A DNA stretch of 64,000 nucleotides, taken from assembly GCA_964187785.1 (NCBI GenBank), contig CAXLNC010001319.1, positions 62,001 to 126,000 on the forward strand, given 5' to 3'. A program made the translations under genes and the position numbers. Shown one piece after another: positions 48,314 to 59,255 of this stretch. The notes below the pieces were generated by a model, which had not been told where the DNA came from, made no database searches, and saw nothing but the letters and a program-made list of their open reading frames with translations. Numbering within the stretch: the first letter of the stretch is position 1; each line of letters opens with the position of its first letter. The stretch comes from Amphiscolops sp. MND2022 (taxonomy: Eukaryota).

Positions 48314-50132
48314 CAAAGATTCCCCACGGTTCCACGTCAAATTATATAGTGGATTTTCCGAAGCCAATGTAGCCCGGAAGTGACCCCACAACTTGCGTAA
48401 CAGAAGGTAGTCTCCTCCACTCCGAAGCAACTCAATCAAGCAGTTGACCATCGTTAGCAACGGCACACTCGAATCGACACGCGTACAAGGACGGCGGAAA
48501 ACTGAAACCCTCCGGCTTTTCCTTGAAAGGGCGTGCCAAGTACTCTTGCGTCTGGGACTCGCTCAACTCCATCGGGTCTAACAGTTTGTTGTATACTTGG
48601 AGACCTTGATGAACACGATAAGTGACAACCAGAAGCCAGTGTTTGTCGCTCGAGAAATGTCGAACGATCTCTCGCACCCCCTTGGCCGCGATCGACACGT
48701 CTCGCTCACAAAGCGTACAGAAGAAGGCCGACTCGACTCCAGAACTCGAACCACTGACGAACAATTAGAACACGGGGTGGTCTTTGACCATACTACGGCG
48801 GAGTCGACTCCGCGAACTCACAGTCCGTGTCCGTCGCCGAGAGGGACTAGCCTGCTCAAGACTCGCCTCCACACGTGTCACCAACTCCTCGAACTCTGAA
48901 ACACGCACCAAAATAAACAATCAGAGAATCAACTATACCATTGACCCACTCCCCAACCTCCTGAAACGCACCCGAAATACTCTACAACAAACAATGACAC
49001 AGGAAAGAACGAAGCTATACTAACTCGCGACAAAAGGCGCCACTGTGCGAGTCTCCAAATACGACGCCACTGCTTCGCCGAAAAACGCTGCCTGCTGGGG
49101 AGTGTATGCACCAACTGCAGCAGCCGCCCCTTCATCGCCACTACTCTCAACACGGAAGGTTTGGGACTGAGCAACCGTCGCCAATGTGACGGTACGACGC
49201 CGCTTACCAGAAAGGCCAGTAGGTTTAGAAGTCGACTCTGTAAAAGAAAACACAAAATCATCAACGACCCCCATCAGTCTGACACCCCCCCCTCGCAACC
49301 AGAAAAGGAAAGCCTAGACGACAAATCAACCACAGAATTTCAAAGTCAACAAGAAAAACAGAACCATAAAATACAATCACAATTACTCACCAGGAACTGT
49401 TGTCCGGGAGGCCCCCAGCTTACTGAAAGTCTGTGTGAAATCCGACAAGAATCGGGTGAAGCGGGGGGATGACGTCGAAGCTACTCCGTCTCCAGGTGTC
49501 CCTTCAGCCGGCACTTCCTTCTCTTTTTCTTGCGGGGGGCAGGCATTCTCACCTCCGTGAGAAGTATCGTCCAAACCCTGACCAGGAGCGTTTAACAGAG
49601 CAGAGAGAGGTATATCCAAATCGTCGAGGGAGACATCAATCGACGGCGCAAGAGTAGCGTCAACGGGTACCTTAGCACTGACTCCCGAAACTTCAGCGGG
49701 TTCAGAAACTGAAGGACGATCAACTTCACGCAAAGGCGCCACAACGCAGTCTCCAGTAGCCTCAATAGTCTTGAGAACCGCAGGAGGGGCATCAGGTAGT
49801 TCACTGAGTCCAGTGGAAGGCCCCGGGTTAATCACTAAAACACATTTTTCCCACCTCAGTCGCGTCAAGAAAATCTAAGCTGTGGAAATACAATGTGCAA
49901 AAAGGCCAATTTGCATAAGTATAATTCATAAAAGCTTAATGGAACAGGGAAAGTGAACCTACCAGCAACTTGTGGAGCAGCCGAACGATCAGCGTCACTA
50001 TCATGGACATCTCCTTCAGAAAACAGATACTGGGTATCGTTACCGCTTTGCATCCAGGAGACGATCCGACGAGACGAAGCCATTCAAAACAGCAATCTGG
50101 AAATAAAACAAGGTGAAAACAACCACCGAAAT

Positions 50133-50382
50133 TGATGTCACCAAAACGGTGACAAAACCTAAAGTTGGCTAATTACCAACGAAATTGACGTCGGCAAAAC
50201 GTCGACAAAAGGGTTATTTGAATTAAGAAATTAATCCAATAATCCGTAATGACGTCATCAAAACGATGACAAACCCGAAAGTTAGCTAAGCTAACGGAAT
50301 GACGTCAGCATAACGTTGACAAGTTTGGCTAAGCAGATTTTTTAATTTGCAGCCAATAGAAATGCGACGCTGACATAGCGTC
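50133..50382. promoter_or_regulatory. Array of 6-5-6 inverted repeats plus TGACGTCA and CCAAT motifs between two divergent ORFs
   Basis: gtcacc-aaaac-ggtgac, gtcggc-aaaac-gtcgac, gtcatc-aaaac-gatgac, gtcagc-ataac-gttgac and gacgct-gacat-agcgtc; regulatory role inferred from position. Confidence 0.55.
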
Positions 50383-50484
50383 AACACCTGAAAATTAAAA
50401 AAGGATTAAAAAGATTGATAAACCAATCAGAATAGAGGGTTTTTTCCTAATATTCACCTTAATCCTAATTAACCCTAAAATTCA

Positions 50485-51262
50485 TTGAGGAATAATAAGA
50501 TACAAACCACAGCTGCAAAGAAGAAAGAAACTTTACAAAAGAAGATGAACAGTTACAAAAATGTATTCGAGCTGATTGATATTTCTTCCAGTGAAGACGA
50601 AGAAGGGACACTCGAGAGAGCATCTACGCCCCTTCCCAGGATGGTCATCCCCAATTATAGAATAGTACTAGAAACGTCGCAATCATCAATCGAGGCTACG
50701 GCTGATGAAGAAGAATATTTCTACGGACTCAATCGAATCAGGCTGTAAAAAAATTAAACTCAACCACAGCTTGGAAACTTTGGACTCTGAACTCCATAAT
50801 CATGAGACACTCCCGGATAAACGTACAAATGAAGGCTTGCCGGACAGCCCTGAAAGCCTTGACGAGAGCATGTCGTCAGATGTGTTTCTAGTTGAAGAAG
50901 CAACCAACGAAGAAAATTCTATTTCGAGCAGCAGAGTAGCAGAGTACCTCGAACAGATACAACACGAAGACCGCAGCTCCTACTTCAGCACACCACCTGG
51001 TACTCCGAGGAAGATAAGTTTCCAACCAGCAACTCGGCTAAACGATCTCGAGGTACAGCGCAAACAGGACGACTCAATAACCTCTGACTGGGAACTGCCA
51101 CAACTGACGTTCGCTGCAAGAATACCAGGGAGAGGTAATCTCCCCAGAGGAGCGGCACTGTCACAGTCCGCTCCCGGACTGGGTTGCAACTGCAGAAGAA
51201 TCGGAATTGGCAGAGGACACGGGTGTAATCTACGCTTCCCAAAATGGTATTTCAACTTCTAA
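50485..51262 (+). pseudogene. Second accessory ORF of B (acidic, Ser-rich, one frameshift), running into the 3' LTR
   Basis: Overlapping ORFs 50485-50748 and 50705-51262; contains VFELIDISSSEDEE. Confidence 0.45.
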
Positions 51263-53604
51263 CTTGAAACTTTAAAATATTAACTCTGTAATAAACTGTG
51301 ACTTGAAAGGCAGGATGTGCGCCTATTTTACGTAAATCTTAAATGAAAACGAATACAGAAACTAAAAAAGCCAGCCAAAATGATTTCACGTACTTCCGGC
51401 AAGACGCCTTTGCTACGCTAAAATAGGACATTCACCACCTGAAACCTGAATTAAAACAGCCTTGAAACAAAAGCCATAAACTTATCTAAATGAAAACCTA
51501 TTTAAAATCTTTCTCGTGGAAGAACATCAAACAGATCTAAAAAGCAAATTACTCTGAGACGGCACGCTGAACAATTTACGCCCCTTCCGAGAAAAGGCAG
51601 CTTAATTACGCTTTGAACAGCAATTAGTGTAGAATAGGACGTCGTCACGTCGCTAAGTAAACAAACACTGCAAATAGGTACATGCAAATAATGCTATACT
51701 TTTGACGTCAGCACTCCGCCACTAACTAGTTAGCAAGCATTCCAAATCAAACGACAATGTGACGTCACAGCATTAGCAGCTAGCTAGATTTCATTCCAAA
51801 TGGACGTCCGCACTACGTCCATCAATCGAGGCAATACTAATACTAATACGTACGTCCGCGTTACGTCCAAATTCCATCAAATTAGCTGTTCGAATCCATT
51901 CCAGAATAAAATAAAGGGACGGCGGTTTAGCAAAAAACCATGAAAAGAGAATGTAAGGGAAATATTGAACTTATTTAAGACAAGAATAAATTTCGGTAAG
52001 CTCTCGTTTTCCCTCTTGTAGATTGAATAGTTTTGTCTAATTTTCACGTTAGGAAATTAACACAAGTAGCATCTTTGTACTATATGAACAAAGTCACAGT
52101 TTATAAGAGCAAAGAGCCTAAACAACCATTTTCGTTGGTGATAGAAGAATTTGTACATGCATTTGTTACCTTTGCTATTAAGTGAGTAATTGTGTGATGA
52201 AGTTCCACTATCGAACTGTCGTCGTTACGACGTCCGATATTAACACAAGTTCGATCATCTTTATGAACTATAGAATTTCGTTGCTAATACATAACAACCG
52301 TGGCCGAATGAATTTGATCATTGCTTGTATCAATCAATGAAATTTTGTGTTTTCTAGTTTTCTAATCTGTTTTATAATTTGGCGAAATCTTGTCGTCACT
52401 CTGAACCTGGGAATTCATGATTTTGTATTACCTACACAACCCCTTTGTACATATGGATGTTTGTTGTACGCGTCACGATGCCGTATATGTTTTGGTACTG
52501 TAGCTAGTGTTAATGTTAACCAGTTCGAAACCTGTATTAATGGTGTTCTGTAAATGTTAATGTTTTGTTGCCCTCATCTCCGTTGGTTGATAATTGTTTA
52601 GATTGAGATTAATTCAAAAGCTGTTAACAGCTGCGTAATTTCCTTCATATTTCCTTTCCTAGCATCGCCAGAAATTCCCAAATTGGAAAATTAGTCATAC
52701 TTAAATTCAAGGGAAATTTCAAAATCAGGTATTAGTTGTTCACGTCGGCGTCATCTCAGCGTCAATTTTCCTACGAACCAAAGCAGTAAAACAGGGAAAT
52801 ATTTCCGGTTTGACAGACTGAAGTAATATCTACTTCCTAATTGGGAGGAAACAAAAGGACGACGGGATGAAAAGATATGATCATGGTTAATGACTAATGC
52901 AAGATTAAAATTGCCGTGTCTCAAAAATTGACGAAATGTCTGGGCAAATTTGAGAACAAAATGAATATTTTATCAAGAATACAGGAATTGACTAATTGTT
53001 CGGGGGAAATAAAGATTTTGTGCGTGATCAAATGATGCTAGGAGGGTATAAATAGGATGAATTGCGAATACTGAGGGACTCAGTCTTTTAGTGTTGTATA
53101 ATTCAGTTGCTACTCAATCTGACTTATCTTAATTCTCATCTAATTCAGCTTTGTTGAAAACTTTCAGTGGAAAATTCAATTGATTAAAAGATCAAATTTT
53201 CTTCAAAACATCTACCACACGAAGCCAAAAGAGAAAGAACAATCAGCAAGGACATAGTGAGAACGTAAGTGAAGGTTTTGTTTCACCTATCTTGGCGGGA
53301 AATCCCTGTCTCTTAGACCAGGACGCTGACTTAGCGGGGCCCTCTAGACCCAAATCCCCCAGAATAGATAACCTTGTTTTGGAGAATCTAAGAACCACTC
53401 TGAGAGAAGAAATCACCTCTGAAGTTAGTAACCTTCTCATTGAATCCCAAAAGGAACTTCTGAAGATGCTAAAACCTGAAACAAGGGAAAACATTAAGGA
53501 AAATGTTGAGGATGAAACAGAAAACGTGACTAGGAAGTTCTACACTCCTACCAAAACAGTAAGGATAAATTCTACCCAAAACGACCCGAACTCATGTCGT
53601 AACA
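51159..53604 (+). repeat. 3' LTR of element B (2446 bp)
   Basis: TGTCACAG...GTCGTAACA followed by TSD CTCGC; the gag ATG is mutated in this copy. Confidence 0.95.
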
Positions 53605-53699
53605 CTCGCCGGATCGATCCCCTCACATACACACTGCTCGGCAATCTATACAGACCACTATGTATTACTCCCATATCGATTTGGCAAAAGACATCGTTC

Positions 53700-54005
53700 C
53701 ACTTCACAGAGATCGGAAGGCATAATTGGAGGTCCACTGCGCTTCTGCGTCCCTTTTTGAAGTGAAAAAAGAAATCAGTTGTTGATCGTTGTTATTCGCT
53801 TTCACAGCGATAGGAAGGCACAATTGAAAAACCACTGCATCCCTTTTTGATTTGAAAAAAAGATGAATCATTTGTTGATTGTTGTTAAATCCCTTCACAG
53901 CGATAGGAAGGCACAATTGAAGGTCCACTGCATCCCGTTTTGATGTGAAAAAAGATGAATCAGTTGTTGATTGTTGTTAGTTCCCTTCACAGCGATTGGA
54001 AGGAA
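53700..54005. repeat. Tandem repeat, about 93-bp unit, about 3 copies
   Basis: ggaagg(cacaattg) recurs at 53715, 53813, 53906, 53998. Confidence 0.85.
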
Positions 54006-54559
54006 ACTTTTAACCATCTGCACTTATATTCGCATCGGAAGCGAAAAAATGAATTTCGATCACTGATATGATCAGATTCAATTTACGCAATTTGTTAAAC
54101 AGGGAAACGCAAACGTTTACATGTATTTACACGCGTCATTTGATACAATGTTTCACTTCAATGCTTGATGTTTTAGTTAAGGCCAGTAATGAGCATCAAT
54201 AGAACATCAGTATTGAACGATGATTAGTGCTGAATTCTAAAAGATTTGAATTCAAAATGAAGTTCATTTTGAATATCTGGCAAGATTAGATTACTGGTAA
54301 GATCTGCGAAAAAACCTCACATTTAATCATCTGAATTCAAATTCAATCTGATCATACCTCCTTTAATGCCTGTCGAAAGTCATTTCAAAGTGTTAGTTAT
54401 GATAGCCTATAGACCGATTCAAATTAAATCATTACTGCATTTACTGACTCTGGTTAAAAATTGTTCATTTGATGTAAAAAATTTGAAATTATTGAACTAC
54501 TTGCAATTTTTGCTTCGTACATATGGTGAAAAAATGAATTGTTGGTTTGTTAGTTGGAA

Positions 54560-55131
54560 TGGTTTGTAATGTCGGCCTAGAAAGATTTCGAGAAGTAGTG
54601 TGATTAGATAGTGTTTTGGAGTGAAGAGTATTGATGGTTAAACTAGATTGTATATTTTGTGTTTGTGTATTTTGAGCTGGAGTCTACGCTGGAAATTATC
54701 AAATTGGTTGTCTTTTTGGAGTGGTTGTTTGAAATTGTACTGCAGGTGAACTTGGAATGTGTCTGTGCCATTTGTAAGAGAAGAAGAACCTGGTTGAGGG
54801 GAATTATGTAAAGTATTTTGAGTAGCACATTGTGGCGAAAGAGGAAGTGGATCATAATTGCGAGGTGATGGTTGTTGTGTTTGATATGGTTGAGTTGTAT
54901 TAGTGTTGCAGTGGATAGTGTGGATATATTAAACTAATTTGAATTGGTATTCGTATCATTTTGGTTTGGATCGTTATTGATAGTTTGAGTCAAGTTATGT
55001 ATAAGATTTTGTAAAACATTGGAATCAATAGTCATTGTAAAACTTTGTGTAATTTTAGTGGTAAGATGAGAGAGTTCTGATACATTCTGTACTGTAGCAG
55101 TATCAGAGATCTCCGGTAAATTTTGTTTCAA
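54560..55131 (-). pseudogene. gag: gag N-terminal remnant of family C
   Basis: LPEISDTATVQNVSELSHLTT.. followed by Thr/Pro/Asn-rich decayed frames downstream of the LTR and PBS. Confidence 0.5.
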
Positions 55132-55260
55132 TTGTATTCAATTGCTGAAGTTCTGGATCGTGAGACAATTCTGAATTGTCATCCTGATTGGACTGCAAAA
55201 TACTTTGATCATATTCTTCAAAGGCAGGTTCAGAAAAGATGTTTGAAAGAAACGTAAAAC

Positions 55261-55365
55261 AAAACCAACACGAATCACTGTTGACGTGGTTGGAACGGAG
55301 AAGAAATTACCAACACGAATCACGTTTATGTAGTTGGAACGGAGAAGTTTTACTACCAACACGAG
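55261..55365 (-). repeat. 45-46-bp leader repeats downstream of the PBS (family C)
   Basis: ccaacacg recurs at 55265, 55310, 55356; reverse complement of the 56070-56250 array. Confidence 0.75.
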
Positions 55366-55407
55366 AGTAACGTTGTGCTACAGGAGGGAGAAAAAAAAGA
55401 GAATTTT

Positions 55408-55420
55408 CGTGATCGCACCA
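55408..55420 (-). other. PBS-like TGGTGCGATCACG after the family-C LTR
   Basis: Follows the LTR end ..CAGCTCA with a 2-nt spacer. Confidence 0.55.
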
Positions 55421-55422
55421 AT

Positions 55423-55832
55423 TGAGCTGTTTACGATTTGCATTGTGTTAGTTTCTAGTTCTTTTAGGAAAAACATAAAAAGTCTTATCGTGACAACAAA
55501 TCGTCTAAGTGTGATAGCTATCTTTATTTGAAGTTGTCTGAGATCTCAGTTAGGTTTTTCTTCTAATAGAAGACTGTTTAGTAGATCAGATTCTATTTTC
55601 GCAGAGTATATATCACCTACAATTTCGTCAACGACTATATAGATTCAATGTAATGCTAATCATGGTAAAGTAACAGTAGTAAGAATAGATATAAATGAAG
55701 TTATCACCAAATGTTAATAAGATACTAATGGTGTTATCACCGGATGTCAGCAATCTCTAATTATCTTTGGAATGAAGTGACATCTGTCTTTTTGGAAAAG
55801 AAGTATTTGAGGTCTTGCATCATGGCATCGAG
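55423..55832 (-). repeat. LTR of family C (putative 5' LTR; outer terminus mutated)
   Basis: Clearly homologous to 8944-9351 but more diverged than the A, B or BEL LTR pairs. Confidence 0.7.
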
Positions 55833-56025
55833 AGTACAAATGGTGCAACCACGAAAAATTTTTACCTGCCCTCCTTTTCACGCCGCTCCTTTTATTGGAC
55901 ACGTTTCTTCAACTTCCTCATTCGATACCATTTTGTCAGACATTCTGTAGATCCTGCTCTTGGAAAATTCTACACTTTCTAACCTTTCGTTTCAACCATT
56001 TTTCACAGAAAATTGGTTCGTGTTG

Positions 56026-56250
56026 GTATGTTTCGTACCGAACGTAATTCCTGTCAGTTCAACTTTCATCCGTTCCAACCACTTAAACAGTGATCCATGT
56101 TGGTCAATTGTTTCTCCGTTACAACCACTTCAACAGTGATTCGTGTTGGCCACTTTATTCTCCGTTCCGACCACCAAAAATTTTTCGTGTTGGTTTTCTT
56201 TTTTCAACGTTCCAACCGCAGACGTGCAATACGCGTTGGTTTCTTTTCAA
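56026..56250 (+). repeat. 46-bp tandem leader repeats of element D (about 4-5 copies)
   Basis: (c)cgttccaaccac...ttcgtgttgg at 56070, 56116, 56162, 56208. Confidence 0.8.
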
Positions 56251-57843
56251 AGTGCTATCCAACGATTGCTGCAAGTAGACCCGGTTCTAGCTATCTGGAT
56301 CAACTCTTTGAGTTGGCAAAAATTTAAAACAACAAAACCTCTTTCATTAAACTTTGGTTCCATGCAACATCCTGCCATTTTCTAACACTATATTACTCCT
56401 TTCTATCTAACAAAAACAACACTTTTTTAACAATCGCACAGATCGATACATAACAGATACAATATACGTTTCATTAAAAGTATAACACTTTCTGATGATT
56501 TTTCTTGACGATTTTGTAGGCATTGTTTTATTCATTTGCTTTTTCCTTGGTTTCATTGCTACACTTGGTTTTGTGTTTGATCCTTTTTTTCTTCGTTTGT
56601 TTCCAAAATTCTTGAATTTCAGACCTCTTATGACTATCAACATACAACTACTTCTTCTTGAACTTTTTGGTATATATCATACATCCCGTTTCTATATAAC
56701 ATAAATAACCAATATAGACTTATACTTGTTTTTACTATACTCTTCAACATTCTCATCCAAGTCATATGCGTCAATCGTTTCTTTCCACATCATACACACT
56801 CTAACACAAAGTACACAAATGCTTCCTTCTCACAGATCTGTTTTCATGCTATAGTAAAATAGATCCTGTAGGACATTAGGTATAAAACAATCACGTACAC
56901 AATACAAAATGCTTCCTACCCCTTTTCAATGTATTAGCCAACAAACGCGTAATGTACGTTCCATTACTCATGATATCAAACTTTTTTTACAAACTCTCAT
57001 TTTCCAATACACATATCCATAACCTTTTGAAACCGAAGCTCATTCTATACATAACATACCCCTTCTTAGAGAACAGCTAGATTCTTACCTTTTCTACATC
57101 CGATAAAAAACCAACTTCAATTCAAGATGTTTTCATCCACTATATGAACAAACTAGTAAAATTCATTGAATCCTTAAATCCATCTATATTCCGTCCTTAT
57201 TTCTTGATAAGTCTTCAACAAAAACACCAAACCAATATTTTCAAGTTTAAGACATAGAATCCAAGATAACTCGACACAACATTTCAGTACAACTTTTTCC
57301 AGAACCTCACACTCAATGATGACACTATACAACAAATTAATGTCTTTTCAAGATTTCAAGATATCTTTTAAAACTACTCCAGATTCAATTATTAACTAAT
57401 ATGACTAATACAACACATAACTCCTTTAGAACTACGTTTACCATGTTTCGACATTATTACTTTTGATAAAAACTTCAATCTGGGACAGTCTGAAACGTCA
57501 GATGGTCGACTATATGCTACTATTACTGTTACTCTTGATACACAAACAACATTAAACGTTACAAATAACCAAGTTTATGATCAAATTGACTTCTCTCAGA
57601 TACATCTTAATTACAAGTACAATACCCACAACAATACCTACAAACAATACAATCAAGGAACCAACAACCACTTCACGATATACAACTTGAAAACTTGTCA
57701 TTACAAACTAATTGAAATCCTAACGAAATCGAAACTCAGGAAAAGACAAATCTTCCTCGTGATTCTCAAATAACGGCTCATACAGTTGATTCTAATACCT
57801 TAGTAGTTCGTACAAGAGTTATAACAGAACAAAAACTCAACAC

Positions 57844-59161
57844 ATGACTCAAGGTTCCTCAATTTCATCTACTAATAATACCACTATAACACAACCACCA
57901 ATACAAACGCAACCAATCACATCTAGAAACTATGATCCTCCTCCACTACCCAATTTTGATATATCTACTTCTTCTTCCATTTCTCAACAACCAGGTCATT
58001 CAACTAACAATATAAATAGTCTTATACGCCCACACTCCACATTTCAACCTCCTCCGACTCCTGAACGTCCACCTGTTACAACACAGTCATATACTCCAGC
58101 ACAACGTACTACAGATACAAAAGTACCATTTACATTCAACATTAACAATTCACATACCAATCTTCTTCCTACTATTGTAACTTCTAGAACTCTTTCTAGA
58201 CCACCATTACAAACAATTCCTATCTATCCATTACAATACAACCTCAATAGTACAAACACCCATTGTACACAAAACTCTGTGAACTTTTTAATACACAAAA
58301 CTCAGACAATAAAATCAACGTCCAATATACAAAATGAACACGTCACAGTACCACAAGGTTCCTCTACTAAGACTAATCCATATTTTACACCTATGATTCA
58401 AGTTCCAATAAGCACAAAGAATGTACGAACTAACATCTCCCACTCTAATTATCAAATAACACATACACCTGCTCATCGAATAATGACAGTTTCCAGTCCA
58501 ACCTATATAAATTCTTCTGCTTCCATTTAAGAACCGATTTAACCAATTGATGGTCTTGATCACAAATACACACCTGAAGAATATCTCCATTATATTGAAG
58601 CTCGTGTAACATTTTCTTTGGGATACAACCTACCACTCCTCACGAATATATAATTTGGCACGCTGGTCGAATGGCTTTTATACAATGTTTTCTTACTGTT
58701 GCCGCTCTCGGTTGGTACATACGCCTCCATGACTCTTATAAACAAGACTGGTCTGCTTTTGCACATGCTTCCAAGAAACTGTTTTTTCTCAAAAGAACAG
58801 TAGAACAAGTTATATGTATAATCATAACTCATATAAAACAAATAACAAATCTACTGATTCCAATGATCGATATTGTAGTCGAAGTACACCACGCCAGAGT
58901 AGTACAAGTAGAAACATTTCATCACAACATGGCTTTCATTCTAGAGATCGATACAGATGTGAAAGAGCTACTATCCTCCTTAATATAACAGAGCAAGATA
59001 TGACAATTGCCGACGAGATTCACGCTCTTTTTGTTCATCATACAGGTCTTCCTATAGTTCACCTTATAGACGAGATTCACGCCCTAGATTTAGATCACGC
59101 TCCTATCCAAGAGACAGACCCTTCCCCCAATACACTTCGTCACTGGACCAAGAGCTTCTAG
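57844..59161 (+). pseudogene. gag: gag remnant of element D
   Basis: Thr/Pro-rich region, then ..IDGLDHKYTPEEYLHYIEARVTF..MAFIQCFLTVAALGWYIRLHDSYKQDWSAF. Confidence 0.7.
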
Positions 59162-59255
59162 ACCCTTTAGATCTAGATAATATTCTGAAACAAAAAATAA
59201 AATAAATACCATTCATACAGAACAGTCTATATCACCTATCAACTTTGAAATCCAC

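Larger units (their letters stand above)
46119..50083 (-). pseudogene. Antisense multi-exon accessory gene of element B, homolog of the gene in element A
   Basis: FFCTLCERDVSIAAKGVREIVRHFSSDKH finger (about 48640-48730); exon pieces 49963-50083, 49391-49870, 49020-49313, 48314-48764, 47503-48180, 47335-47416, 46119-47267; motifs GD.LLL..LW, YS..F..HC, W..V, LS.R.D.GF..Y.E..QFV, LP...DW, F.L.CL, PAV.F, QSY, DPW shared with A. Confidence 0.82.
32668..53604 (+). mobile_element. Full-length Ty3/gypsy LTR retrotransposon B (20937 bp; 16034 bp without the nested BEL element and its TSD)
   Basis: LTRs 32668-35096 and 51159-53604; TSD CTCGC at 32663-32667 and 53605-53609; PBS; gag-pol. Confidence 0.95.

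Noticed and set aside
55261-56250. CRISPR-like appearance of the regularly spaced 46-bp repeats (also 10448-10600)
   Set aside because: The inter-repeat parts are similar to each other rather than unique spacers, there are no cas genes, and the context is a eukaryotic retroelement.
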